DNA of 64,000 nucleotides from positions 1-64,000 of the forward strand of contig NIVC01003666.1 of the NCBI GenBank assembly GCA_002269645.1. The letters run 5' to 3'. Every line of letters begins with the position of its first letter. Position 1 is the first letter of the stretch. This DNA comes from Macrostomum lignano (taxonomy: Eukaryota). Position numbers and translations under genes: made by a program. The notes below the pieces were generated by a model that ran no database searches, was not told the DNA's origin, and saw only the letters and a program-made list of their open reading frames with translations. Positions 42,356 through 58,085 of this stretch are shown here, piece by piece.

Positions 42356-42939
42356 ATTTTTCATGGTTAATTATCCAGCAGACTGCACAGTCCTTGTAAT
42401 TAGTGTTTATCCCAGCTTGCATGTTTGTTATGATATTTGTGCATAACAGAAAAATATTGGTCAAATTGTAGAATCTGTGCATTCGTTTAAAGCTGCTAAA
42501 TAGTTTGCAGAGCATATTGCTAATGTACCACTAGCGGGAGTTTCAGTTATTGCATATGTTTCGATGTGTTACATCTGGCTATCAATTGATAATGCATATG
42601 CTTGTGCTTGTTTAGCAATGCAGGTCTTGTATGTGCATTTTTCAACTTTAGAAATACTTGTGTATATGTATACATATATTTACTGCAGATCGATAATAAC
42701 CCTAAAGTCTGATCTTTCTATTTTTGTCCGATATCTGTACATATATTTGTTGTATAAATACAAATTATTATAAATATATTTACTTACAAATACAAACTAA
42801 GATTTTAGCATATTTTCGTGGCCCTTTGGGCCTCTGTGTTTATGCTTGGTGATTAAATGTCGTGCCTGATTTTTTTTTTGTTCGCTTTCAGTTACTTCTG
42901 TCAAATTAAATTTACAGTAGTGCTTAATACTATTGGATT

Positions 42940-43560
42940 GTCTGGGAGTGAGTATATGACAGTGTCTTTAACGTGTCTGGGAGAGCATGTGGCAGTGTTG
43001 GAGAGTCTGCGAGTGTATGGGAGTTCCGACGGCTGTAAAGTGTCTGGGAAAGTGGGAGAGGCTCTGGCGGGTTTGCAGTGTCTGGGAGAGGCTCTAGCGG
43101 GTTTGCAGTGTCTGGGAGAGGCTCTGGCGGGTGTGAAGTGTCTGGGAGAGGCTCTGGCGGGTTTGCAGTGTCTGGGAGAGGCTCTGACGGGTGTGAAGTG
43201 TCCGGGAGAGGTTCTTCCAGGTGTGCAGTGTCCGGGAGAGGTTCTTCCAGGCTTCCAGGTGTGCTGTGTCCGGGAGAGGTCCTGGTGGGTGTGAAGTGTC
43301 TGGGAGAGGTTCTGGCGGGTGTGAAGTGTCTGGGAGAGGTTCTGGCGGGTGTGAAGTGTCTGGGAAAGGTTCTGGCGGGTGTGAAGTGTCTGAGAGAGGT
43401 TCTCACGGGTGTGAAGTGTCTGAGAGAGGTTCTCACGGGTGTGAAGTGTCTGGGAGAGGTTCTGACGGGTGTGAAGTGTCTGGGAGAGGTTCTCACGGGT
43501 GTGAAGTGTCTGGGAGAGGTTCTGACGGGTGTGAAGTGTCCGGGAGAGCGTCTGACAGTG
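42940..43560. repeat. 30-bp minisatellite GTGTCTGGGAGAGGTTCTGGCGGGTGTGAA
   Basis: Direct reading; shares the GTGTCTGGGAGAG core with 38625-40245. Confidence 0.9.
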
Positions 43561-43862
43561 TTGTAGAGTCTGCGAGTGTATGGGTGTTCCGACCTACTTG
43601 AAGTGTTTGCTAAGCTGAAGTTTCAGATGGCTATTAAAAAATCCAATATCATCATTTTGCGAGCGCAGATGAAAAAATCCAATCAAAACGGATGGAATGC
43701 AAATGCGAGTCAATGCATTTTTTTATTGTAAGTTTTGTCATACAAAAAACTCCGATAAAGAAAAGCAAATATGAAAAAAAAAGAAAAAATCTCACCGCTA
43801 AACCCACCTGTGCCGACGCGATACAGCAGGATCACTCATCAATATTCTCTTATTGTTAATAC

Positions 43863-44489
43863 TCACGGAAACTCACCCTGCAGGTAATAGTTGATGATGC
43901 ATTTGATCCCACTGCTGCTTTGCCTGGTCACCTGGCACTGCTGAAAGCCGGTGACGTCACTGCTAATCTCGCACTTGCCAATCAGGTCGTCTGCAGATGA
44001 AGTCATAGTTGTAGACAGTGATTATTAAAATGTGTCGCTATACCACTTGGAGCTGCTGGCCCAGGTGTGGTTCCAAATCACCGGTTTACTGCCGCAGGTG
44101 TCTGAAACGGGTAAATGAGTTTACAGAAAAATAGATTATACAGTAACTGTATATTATCGCTATTTGAATTCAACTTTTTAGACCAGCAAACTTAGACTCC
44201 CAGCGTGCTCAAGGCAACTGAACGATAAACGCGGTCTAATTCTTTGCTGGGGATGGTTTTGGCCATAGACTATAAAACGGTAGACCAAACTAAGTGCCTG
44301 CATGGTTCTCACTCATGACGAATTTTGTCTTGCAGATTAGCTCGAGGCCCCTGTTAACTTGCACAAAGGGGTCACTTGACTCCGATAGGCAGTCTAATCC
44401 TGTCCCATTCAAAATGATGAAAACTGGCTGTACACCCGCGAGACCTGACAGCAGCTGCAGAGCGGTGAGGACTAGAAGGGAACTAGCAT
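43863..44489 (-). pseudogene. Secreted single C2-domain protein (~138 aa), exons 44489-44313 and 44101-43863; three 1-bp indels, so either a pseudogene or consensus errors
   Basis: After indel correction it reads MLVP(L)LVLTALQLLSGLAG-VQPVFIILNGTGLDCLSESSDPFVQV...KTKFVMNTCGSKPVIWNHTW...LIITVYNYDF.SADDLIGKCEI, which matches the C2 consensus. The intron 44312-44102 is GT-AG, phase 1. Confidence 0.75.
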
Positions 44490-44697
44490 ATCCTGTAACT
44501 CGATAAAAGATAGTCTCCTGGGCTGAGAGTCTTGCATAGGCGCTTGGAGGCCAGATACAAAAGTCATTCGTATGCAGAACTGAAGCTTCTTACATCCTTG
44601 TTGCGCTGCATCGGTCAGTGGTTGGCGGTTTGGCCCAATCATAAACAGGTAGCGAAAGCTGGGGAATTACAGCAACCATCTGAGGAATGTTTCAAAG

Positions 44698-45605
44698 CCT
44701 ATCTGAGGCGCATTTCAGGGTCTATCTGAGGCGCATTTCAGGATCTATCTGAGGGGCATTTCAGGGTCTATCTGAGGCGCATTTCAGGATCTATCTGAGG
44801 GGCATTTCAGGGTCTATCTGAGGCGCATTTCAGGGTCTATCTGAGGCGCATTTCAGGATCTATCTGAGGCGCATTTCAGGATCTATCTGAGGCGCATTTC
44901 AGGGTCTATCTGAGGCGCATTTCAGGATCTATCTGAGGGGCATTTCAGGGTCTATCTGAGGCGCATTTCGGGGTCTATCTGAGGCTCATTAAAGGGTCTA
45001 TCTGAGGCTCATTTCAGGGTCTATCTGAGGGGCATATCAGAGTCTATCTGAGAGGCATTTCAGGGTCTATCTGAGGCGCATTTCAGGATCTATCTGAGGC
45101 GCATTTCAGGGCTATCTGAGGCTCATTTAAGGGTCTATCTTAGGCTCATTTCAGGGTCTATCTGAGGCTCATTTCAGGGTCTATCTGAGGCTCATTTCAG
45201 GGTCTATCTGAGGCTCATTTCAGGGTCTATCTGAGGCTCATTAAAGGGTCTATCTTAGGCTCATTAAAGGGTCTATCTTAGGCTCATTAAAGGGTCTATC
45301 TTAGGCTCATTAAAGGGTCTATCTTAGGCTCATTAAAGGGTCTATCTGGGGCTCATTAAAGGGTCTATCTGAGGCTCATTTCAGGGTCTATCTGAGGCTC
45401 ATTAAAGGGTCTATCTTAGGCTCATTAAAGGGTCTATCTGAAAGGCATTTCAGGGTCTATCTGAGGCTCATTTCAGGGTCTATCTGAGGCTCATTAAAGG
45501 GTCTATCTGGGGCTCATTGCAGGGTCTATCTGGGGCTCATTAAAGGGTCTATCTGAGGCTCTTTAAAGGGTCTATCTTAGGCTCATTAAAGGGTCTATCT
45601 GATGC
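44698..45605. repeat. 23-bp minisatellite CTATCTGAGGCGCATTTCAGGGT
   Basis: Direct reading. Confidence 0.95.
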
Positions 45606-46029
45606 TCATTTCTGCTTAAATTTCGAAATTAGACCACCAATCAACCTCATATTGCCGTTTTCCTGAAATGAAAATTGACACATTTAAACTCATCTTTCCC
45701 ATTCTAATAAATTATGGACGCGCGATTCCATCTTCCATTGCGATTTCCAGGAAATAGAAAAATAACAGCCATAACCAGTGAGACCGAAATGTTTCTAAAG
45801 AACATTTCGGATGCTGGTAATTCCAGCTAATGGGAACTGTGGGATTTATGAGTTAATGTTTCAACTTGCTTGTCTCTCACCCAGTTTACTTTGCTGGCAT
45901 ATTTCCGTAACTAAAAAAACAGCTTTTACAGCACCAGCGCCCATCCTTTCATTCATTCACACTGCGCATTCGTGACTAATGAAAGGTACTGCTGTTAATC
46001 AGTTGAGTCAGACTGAAGTGCAGACACTT

Positions 46030-47360
46030 CACAACACTCCCACGGACACTCTCCCAGACACTCCCATAGACACTCCCATAGACACTCCCATAGACACTCC
46101 CATAGACACTCCCATAGACACGCTTCTAGACACTCCTATAGACACTCGCATAGATACTCCCATAGACACTCCCATAGACACTCTTCTAGACACTCCCATA
46201 GACACTCCTATAGACACTCTTCTAGACACTCCCATAGACACTCCTATAGACACTCGCATAGATACTCCCATAGACACTCACATAGACACTCTTCTAGACA
46301 CTCCCATAGACACTCCTATAGACACTCTTCTAGACACTCCCATAGACACTCCCATAGACACTCCCATAGACACTCTTCTAGACACTCCCATAGACACTCC
46401 ATAGACACTCCCATAGACACGCTTCTAGACACTCCCATAGACACTCTCATAGACACGCTTCTAGACACTCCCATAGACACTCCTATAGACACTCGCATAG
46501 ATACTCCCATAGACACTCCCATAGACACTCTTCTAGACACTCCCATAGACACTCCTATAGGCACTCTTCTAGACACTCCCATAGACACTCCCATAGACAC
46601 TCTTCTAGACACTCCCATAGACACTCCTATAGACACTCCTATAGACACTCCTATAGACACTCCTATAGACACTCCTATAGACACTCCATAGACACTCCCA
46701 TAGACACTCCTATAGACAATTCCATAGACACTCCTATAGACAATTCCATAGACACTCCCATAGACACTCCTATAGACACTCCCATAGACACTCCTATAGA
46801 CACTCCCATAGACACTCCTATAGACACTCCCATAGACACTCCTATAGACACTCCTATAGACACTCCTATAGACACTCCCATAGACACTCCTATAGACAAT
46901 TCCATAGACACTCCCATAGACACTCCCATAGACACTCCCATAGACACTCCTATAGACACTCCCATAGACACTCCTATAGACACTCCCATAGACACTCCTA
47001 TAGACAATTCCATAGACACTCCCATAGACACTCCCATAGACACTCCCATAGACACTCCTATAGACAATTCCATAGACACTCCCATAGACACTCCCATAGA
47101 CACTCCCATAGACACTCCTATAGACACTCCTATAGACACTCCTATAGACACTCCCATAGACACTCCTATAGACAATTCCATAGACACTCCCATAGACACT
47201 CCCATAGACACTCCCATAGACACTCCTATAGACACTCCCATAGACACTCCCATAGACACTCCCATAGACAATTCCATAGACACTCCCATAGACACTCCCA
47301 TAGACACTCCTATAGACACTCTCCCAGGCACTCCTATAGACACTCCCACAGACACTCTAA
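46030..47360. repeat. 12-bp minisatellite GACACTCCCATA (reverse complement of the GTGTCT-GGGAG family)
   Basis: Direct reading. Confidence 0.95.
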
Positions 47361-48049
47361 TCGACACAAAATACACCTGTTCAAAAACTGCAGTAGAAAC
47401 AGCCAAAACTACCAAACAGTCACAGAAAGTGAACATAAACTCCAGATGAAAAATGCGCAATCTCAATGCATACTACTTAAAGTGGGAACAAAATTATTTT
47501 TCTTATTCTGAAGACACGCCTCTTATTGTCTATTTAAGGCTACTACGTCGTTAGCGTGTCTGTCTGGGAGTGTGCCTGTTAGACGGCGTCTGTGAATATT
47601 ATTTTGGCACTCTTAAGATGCACGCGTGGCCCATCTTTCTTTAACAATGCAAACAAAAGTTACATACCGTAGAAAGAAAGCATCAAAATTACTCGTAATA
47701 CCAGCTCGTATCACGGTTTTTGGCCAAGGATTCCTCAGGAGTCAAGTGCTCTTGCACTAAAACATCATACTCCTCAGGATGAAGGCCTCCCCCTAGTCCT
47801 CTGCTGCCGTCTTCGTTCCCAAAACCCTGCAACTTCATGCTTTTCTGTTTCTGTTCATATGCCCCCGAAGCTAGTATTCTGTTCATTAATTACTGTCCTA
47901 GGCAGAATTCGTGTCACCGTCTATTTCTGCTCATCCTGTGGACGCACTGCTGGGTCTCCTACTTCAGTAGCTTTATCTTGCCAGGGTAAGGGACTCTTGC
48001 AGTCTTATACATGGCTCTCATTGTAATAACACGCCTGTGCGTACTGATA

Positions 48050-48661
<612 letters not shown>

Positions 48662-49137
48662 AAGGGGAGAAAGTCTATCCTAATTTAATCTTACAGTTGC
48701 CATGCCTGAGCACTGCTGATAAAAGAACAGGCCCACAGAAGGGCGTTAATTGGTCGATCTGTCGCAGCCGTACGCAGCTCTGTACATCAGTGTGGGCGGA
48801 GGCAGTAATTCAATTAGCCTCGTGCGCCAGATTAGGAAATCTATCGCACAGCCTTTGCCGTCATAAATGATTTTCCTGGGCAATAGCGCCGCAGTTCCCC
48901 AATGCGCACGCAGGAAATCCGTGTCAGTCAGAACAGGGCCTGCAGCTCTGCATTATGAACTGGTCGTGCAGTTCAGTAAAAACTGCTCCATCACGTGCGA
49001 AAGTCCCTGCTTTACGTACAGTTAGAAATAACCACAGAATATCACCCAGAATATGAGCGTTTTCACTTCATAGCTCGTACTTCTACTTTGGTTAATATTG
49101 TAAGAGCGTAATATTGTGTTGTCCGACTTAGTGTTTT

Positions 49138-50240
<1,103 letters not shown>

Positions 50241-50736
50241 TCCGGTCCGCACACCGGAGTGAATCGGGCAGCAAATCGAATCTCGGCCGGGGCAATCAAG
50301 CCGGACAGCTGCCAATCGCCTATCGCATTCCAAACTGCCCTTCAGCTTCTCCCAGAGAGCGGCAGTCAGGAAGCGACAGCGTGGAACAGCAGCGCCCCTC
50401 CATTCGGTCAGCCGGTCTCTGGCGGCCAATTCCCGCGCATGGTGGGCGGCTGACGGCAGTAATTACGCATGCTAATTCCCCGCTGGCTCAGCGGACAGCC
50501 GCCCCCGCCCTGCGCCTCCCGGCCTGCTGCAATCCAATTCGATTGATTATTTGTCTGTCTTAAACTTTCTCTAGCTGGTATCCAGGACACTGAACTCGGG
50601 TTAGACTTGGATAGAGCATGCGCAGGATTCAATAGTGGCGGGGCCGTTGGTCTCTGAAATTGGGGAAGAAGGGACTCAGGAAATACAGCTTCCAACTAAA
50701 GTCTCAAAGATGATAGACTTGAAGATCTGGATAGAA

Positions 50737-50885
<149 letters not shown>

Positions 50886-51119
50886 TAGGTATCGATAGGT
50901 AGTTGCACGTACTCTTTTGCACTACTTGAGTAGTCTGATTTTCGTTCGGCATGGCTGGTTCCAGCAGGTAGTTCCTCTGGATAAAAGCGCTTACCGCGCC
51001 CATTGGCTTTCCAGCTGCCTTAATCGTTTCCGGTGATCTTGTGTGCGTGCTTTCAGCTTGATTGGCTGCGGCAAGCAAGCTCGAAAGAGCTCGCTTCGCT
51101 CGCTCTTTCTCGCTATCTA

Positions 51120-51164
<45 letters not shown>

Positions 51165-51614
51165 ATCTGTCTATCTGCTTAGTTCAGAATACACTTCATG
51201 CTATCTGCAGCTCGTTGTATCCACTGTTGGCTGTTAACTCTTCTTCTCTCTTCTGTCTAAACGAGCAAAGACGATCAAAGAAAGCGAACACCGCTTCACA
51301 ATTCAAGCGAAAAGAAGTCAGGATGAAGGCTTGTGCGTCACTGAGATTTCCCGACTCGATGCGATTCAATGGAACCGGACGCCCAAAGGATCTGGCAGGT
51401 TGCACGCTTCAGTTCAGCCGAAACTCGCTCGACTCACGCACGGCTGAGACTTGCAAGCTGAAACCGCCGCTTTGGTGACTGTGAGACAGGTGGATCATTG
51501 CCAGGATTTTTTAATTCTTCCCCACGCACATCCCAGAATAAACCCTCTGGCAGTCATTGCCACGCTGATCTCATAGTTAGAGATTTTCAAGTATTTCAGC
51601 TGAAATGATGTATC

Positions 51615-52027
<413 letters not shown>

Positions 52028-52760
52028 CAACCGTATTAGTGTCTATCATAGCTCCGGTTTAGCTCAGATGGCCCCAATCCCCCAACCTGAATGCAGGGAA
52101 GGACGCCAGCATTCGATTTGCCGTCCAGCCGTGCAAATTCTAAAAAATTGACTTATGCTGAAGCTGCGCCCAAGTAAAACCCACCGGCCACCGTGTTTAT
52201 GACTGTATTGTGAAAGCCCAAATGTGCAGAGCAGCTGCCTTGCATGCTTGGGCTTTCGTCTTGCACTTTCAGTTGACCGAGTGGCCAGTTAGGGAAATAT
52301 TTTTGCTTAATTTTAACCCCAGGTGTTCGCCTGAATTCCACGAGTTTGCTGGATTGACTCAAAACAAATTGGCACTTTTTTGTGCAGGAAATTTCTCTTT
52401 TTTCTCTGCTTCTTCTAAAAGTAACGCCTACATTGATAACGCATGAGTCTCGAGAGTTCGGGTGTAAAAATTCGAGTACCTTGAGGAGCCTCGTAGATGG
52501 GTGGAGAGGGCCCGCAGCTCCCACGCTGTGCGCATTACATTCGCTAAGAATAAAATAATAGTCGTGACAGAGCAGTCAAAGCACAGACTGCTACACTGCC
52601 ACGGCAGGGCAGGGCAGGTCAGTGGAGTCTTGCCGTCTTGTTGAAATTTGTAGCAACTTTTTAAACAGAAAAGCAGGAAATTATACGGCTCTGAGAAGAA
52701 GCAAGACAAAGGAAATCAGTTTAGCACAAGAAGCATCGAGTCGAAGATCTTTGGCACAGC

Positions 52761-54066
52761 ATGGCCGCCGCCGCCGCTGCACCGCAAGGCGTCCGACATG
52801 CTCTGCAGAGAAGCCGCAGCAGGTGCAGCAGCACCGGGGGCGGCCCAGGTGGTCGGCAGCTGGACGCTCTGGTGGAGGCTGACGAGTCGGAGCCACAGCA
52901 GCCGCCGCCGCTACCACCGACCGCGACGGCGCAGCAACCACGACGTCAGCATCGGCGGCGTCGGCAATCGATTTTCAGCTTGAGTCGGCTGCGTCAGCTC
53001 TTGTCACTGCGACCGGCGCCGTTGCCACTGCCGCCGCCACAGCCTCCGCAGCCGCCGAAGCCGCAGCGCGCGCATCTTGCCGCGGTGCCAGCCAAGTGTC
53101 TTGGCGCCGTTCCGCTGTCGAGCGCCCGCCTCCTCCTGGCAGCGGCCTCCAATACCGCGGCCGAGTTTGTACAGCAGCCAGTTGAGCAGCTGGTGGCAGC
53201 GGCCGCTGCGGCCAGGCGTCGACAGCGGAATTCGCTGGCTTCGACGGCGACAACTGCAGAAGGTTCTTCGGTGCTGCCAGTTGCCATGGTGACAGTGTCG
53301 GTCGGCGGTTTGACTGTACAGCCTCTAGAACAAAACGGTCCGTCACTGACAAGGTAATTCTCCCCTTCCTGTCGCAATATTGAATATTTAATCAGCACCC
53401 GAGATTATTAACTGAATGAGGTGAACAGGCGAGTGTCTGATAGGCTATTAACTATCAAGGTTACATTGTATATCAGCTCAGTAACTATCAAGGTCAGAGA
53501 GTGTACAGAGAGTGTACATGCCTAAGGGTTAGAAAGTCAGGGGCCGCTGTACACCCTGCGTGAGCGTGTGTGTGAGTGCGTGTGTGTGAGTGCGTGTGTG
53601 TGAGTGCGTGCGTGTGAGTGCGTGTGTGTGAGTGCGTGTGTGTGAGTGCGTGTGTGTGAGTGCGTGTGTGTGAGTGTGTGTGTGTGAGTGAGTGCGTGTG
53701 TGAGTGCTCGGGAGTCAGCGGGATGGGCAGAGTTGTCTCAGCGGACAAAGTTACATCAGGCCAGTATGCAAATTATTAAATGGACAATCACCTTCAACCC
53801 AATAAACTTTCAGATTAACCCCAACTGGTTCATTAGCAGCCGCACCAGACAGCCGTGCGTCCTCCGCAGACACCCAGCGCCACCCCATAGAGTCAGTCGT
53901 GTGCGCCTCTGTGCACCGCAGACTGCCTCGAATATTCTGCTGCGCTATTGTCGATAGCGACGCCACCGCCGCCTGTCACGCCTTCCTGTGCGCTCGGACT
54001 GATTCAGCCGACTGTCTGGTGCAGGCGGTGGCTCGGGTTTGCCATCTGTCAGCGGCCGGACCCTGA
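52761..54066 (+). CDS. PTB/PID (phosphotyrosine-binding) domain protein, ~268 aa (exons 52761-53353 and ~53853-54066)
   Basis: PTB-like motifs occur in order: PAKCLGAVPL (cf. AKYLGSV), VTVSVGGLTV, RHPIESVVC, RIFCCAIV, CHAFLC..ADCLVQAVARV. Donor is AG|GTAATT at 53354; a phase-2 acceptor at 53852 keeps the frame to TGA at 54064-54066. The acceptor position is the least certain part. Confidence 0.75.
53558..53705. repeat. GTGAGTGCGTGTGT repeat in the PTB gene intron
   Basis: Direct reading. Confidence 0.9.
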
Positions 54067-54782
54067 TCATTCTGAGTGCACCCCCGCGGAATTACCATAG
54101 AACTGCGTTCACTATACTATACGTTTTTGCGAGCAATCTCAGCCATGGCTTGTTTATTAAGCGAAAAATTTATTTGGTTCGTATATAAGAGACTGTCGGA
54201 GTTGGATGTTTGTCGCAACTGAGCCATCGGAGGAGGAGGAAAGAAAGAAGGGAAGAGGAAATGAATGGGCAGACAAGCTATGGCTGAGATTGCTCGCCCG
54301 TTGGATGAGTTTGGTTGAAAAAACGTGATAGTCTATGGTTCAAACCACCTCCTTCGTCGTATTGAAATCTATGGGATGGATGAGTTTGCTTGCTCCTTGG
54401 CTGAGATAGCTCGCAAAAACCAATAGTAGCCATATACAAAAAAGGTTTATGCCATAGACAAGTAGCAGACGCAGTCCCACACAGAGGCATGTGTTTTAGT
54501 CTATGGCTGAAACCCCAGAAGAAGTAGCGCTCGTAATTTGTCAATAGCTGATTTTTTTAAACAAATTATTTTGCCGATTTGTAATTTGTAATTTGTCCGA
54601 CCAGTGCTTTATGAACTGGGCCTCAGAAGCGAGTTAAAAGGAATGCCCTTTCTAATAGCTAATAAAAAGTAAATAATTTTCAACTAAAGGTGTTTAGACC
54701 ACAGAACTTGATCTCTACTTGATAGAATGACCGACTTAATTGGATTTATTGTCTGCGGTCAAATGCAGTCCTGTGGCAATGG

Positions 54783-55938
54783 ACACTGAGACACTGAAAA
54801 GGACTTTGAGACACAGGGAGTGACTTTAAGACACAGGAAATAACACTGAGACACAGGGAGTGACACTGAGACACAGGGAGTGACACTGAGACACAGGGAG
54901 TGACACTGAGACACAGGGAGTGACACTGAGACACAGGGAGTGACACTGAGACACAGGAAATAACACTGAGACACAGGGAGTGACACTGAGACACAGGAAA
55001 TAACACTGAGACACAGGGAGTGACACTGAGACACAGGAAATAACACTGAGACACAGGGAGTGACACTGAGACACAGGGAGTGGCACTGAGACACAGGGAG
55101 TGACACTGAGACACAGGGAGTGACACTGAGACACAGGGAGTGACACTGAGACACAGGGAGTGACACTGAGACACAGGGAGTGACACTGAGACACAGGGAG
55201 TGACACTGAGACACAGGGAGTGACACTGAGACACAGGGAGTGACACTGCGACACAGGGAATGACACTGAGACACAGGGAGTGACACTGAGACACAGGGAG
55301 TGACACTGAGACACAGGGAGTGACACTGAGACACAGGGAGTGACACTGAGACACAGGAAATAACACTGAGACACAGGGAGTGACACTGCGACACAGGGAA
55401 TGACACTGAGACACAGGGAGTGACACTGAGACACAGGGAGTGACACTGAGACACAGGGAGTGACACTGAGACACAGGGAGTGACACTGAGACACAGGGAG
55501 TGACACTGAGACACAGGGAGTGACACTGAGACACAGGGAGTGACACTGCGACACAGGGAATGACACTGAGACACAGGGAGTGACACTGAGACACAGGGAG
55601 TGACACTGAGACACAGGGAGTGACACTGAGACACAGGGAGTGACACTGAGACACAGGAAATAACACTGAGACACAGGGAGTGACACTGCGACACAGGGAA
55701 TGACACTGAGACACAGGGAGTGACACTGAGACACAGGGAGTGACACTGAGACACAGGGAGTGACACTGAGACACAGGGAGTGACACTGAGACACAGGAAA
55801 TAACACTGAGACACAGGGAGTGACACTGAGACACAGGGAGTGGCACTGAGACACAGGGAGTGACACTGAGACACAGGGAGTGACACTGAGACACAGGGAG
55901 TGACACTGAGACACAGGGAGTGACACTGAGACACAGGG
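54783..55938. repeat. 20-bp minisatellite GACACTGAGACACAGGGAGT
   Basis: Direct reading. Confidence 0.98.
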
Positions 55939-56454
55939 AATTTCGCAGGGGATGCTTAGAATCTAATAATTTCTATAAGATACGGACATCTTAGAGACGA
56001 AGTTTGCTAAAATCGAAATAACTGCAATCAGTCTGGAAAATGGTTTGAGTTTAGGCAAGAGTTGTCACTCCAAGTTCTCCTGCTGGGCCTCTTTGGCAGA
56101 CCCCAGAAATGACTCCAGTGCAGCCAGTTACGGTCGGGGTGGATACAGAGGTTAGCTCAAGCTGTCCGGCTCAATTTGAGAATAATTTTTTTTTCTATTT
56201 CCCTTGGCGAACTGCAGGTCTGCACTCATTGCCTTCTGCAGCTGGAGTGCATGCAGTTGAGCAGGCCGGCTTAATGAGAGAGGCTGGTTCTGCTGCTATG
56301 GAGAGAGGGTCCGAGAAACTGGGGAGAGTTCGGGACCACTACCTCCTCTTTAGTAAGCCAGCTGCTTGGGAACCGCCTGCGCCTTCTCCTGGCTCTCGGC
56401 CTCGGCTTTCCCTTCCATATTTCCCTTTCTCCTCATCCGCACTATAAAGAGGGA

Positions 56455-56791
56455 AGAGAGATGAGGATAAATACACCTAATCCGGAGGAGAGAAAGGAGA
56501 GAGGAGACAGGAAAGAGAGAAGATACTGGATAGAGAGGAGACACGAGAGAGAGGAGACAGGAGAGAGAGGAGACAGGATAGAGAGGAGACAGGAGAGAGA
56601 GAGGAGACAGGAGAGACAGAGAGAGAGAGAGAGAAGAGACTGGATAGAGAGGAGACAGGAGAGAGAGAAGACAGGAGAGAGAGAAGACAGGAGAGAGAGA
56701 GAAGAGACTGGATAGAGAGGAGACAGGAGAGAGAGAGGAGACAGGAGAGAGAGGAGACAGGATAGAGAGGAGACACGAGAGAGAGAGGAGA

Positions 56792-56832
<41 letters not shown>

Positions 56833-56936
56833 ACTGGATAGAGAGGAGACACGAGAGAGAGAGGAGACAGGAGAGAGAGGAGACAGGATAGAGAGGAGAC
56901 AGGAGAGAGAGAGAGGAGACAGGATAGAGAGGAGAC

Positions 56937-57024
<88 letters not shown>

Positions 57025-57030
57025 GGATAC
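56455..57030. repeat. GA-rich compound repeat ending in (GA)n
   Basis: Direct reading. Confidence 0.9.
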
Positions 57031-57599
57031 AGACGAGACTGGAGTCCAGAGAAAGGCTTCTGGGAAAGAAAGAAGTTGGGAAAGGAGCTGCAGTACTGAG
57101 TTCTGAAACTAATTAATTAACGAAAGAAAGAGAAACTCTTGGAAGTGTGTGATTTCTTTTTCTACTTACAAAAGCAAGCAAAGTACAGTGCATTTGGAAA
57201 ATTCCAGTGATCAGGTCATACGCTAGAATAGGAATCAATACTGAAGGGCAGAAAAATACCTTGGAGACTCCCACCGGCTGTCAAGGATTTGTGCCAGCTG
57301 CCGGCATCAGTTTGAGGACAGAAGTGTCAGGAAGTCTGTGCCCGCCAGCGGGTTGTCAAAAAGAAATTGAAAAAAATTTTCTGTCACAGAGCTCCAAGCA
57401 ACTTTGCCCCGGTTTTTCTTCGTCTCCACAATTTTATTAATCGATCAATCAATCAACACTCTGAGTAATCTAGTCGCCATGCAGTCAATAAACAAGCCGT
57501 CTAATTTACAATAACACAATCAATAAGCCACCCAGTCAATCAATCGTGCATTGATCAATAAATCATTGAACCAATAAATCAGAATATCCATCCATCATT

Positions 57600-57651
57600 C
57601 AATCGATCTTTCAATCAATCAATCGATTGACCAATCAACCAATCAACCAAC

Positions 57652-57731
<80 letters not shown>

Positions 57732-57807
57732 TGATCCATCAACCAATCAACCAACCAATCAATCAATCAATCAATCAATCGATTGACCAATCAACCAATC
57801 AACCAAC

Positions 57808-57887
<80 letters not shown>

Positions 57888-57951
57888 TGACTAATGAACC
57901 AATCAACCAATCAACCAATCAATCAATCAATTGACTAATGAACCAACCAAC

Positions 57952-58014
<63 letters not shown>

Positions 58015-58047
58015 CCAATCAACCAATCAACCAATCAACCAATCAAT

Positions 58048-58081
<34 letters not shown>

Positions 58082-58085
58082 GTCA
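57600..58085. repeat. (AATC/AACC)n microsatellite
   Basis: Direct reading. Confidence 0.95.

Noticed and set aside
47689-47886. 65-aa ORF with ordinary composition
   Set aside because: No recognisable motif and no in-frame splice acceptor found; possibly a decayed transposon fragment.
52050-52125. tRNA-like A-box (TAGCTCAGATGG) and weak B-box
   Set aside because: No cloverleaf stems could be formed and the B-box is non-consensus.
54148-54622. Possible Harbinger-like MITE (GGCCCAGTTCATAAAG end)
   Set aside because: The left end matches poorly and there is no TSD.
54746-55934. Cys-rich ~390-aa ORFs resembling metallothionein or keratin-associated proteins
   Set aside because: Translation of a perfect 20-bp minisatellite; open in all three frames, with no splice or start context.
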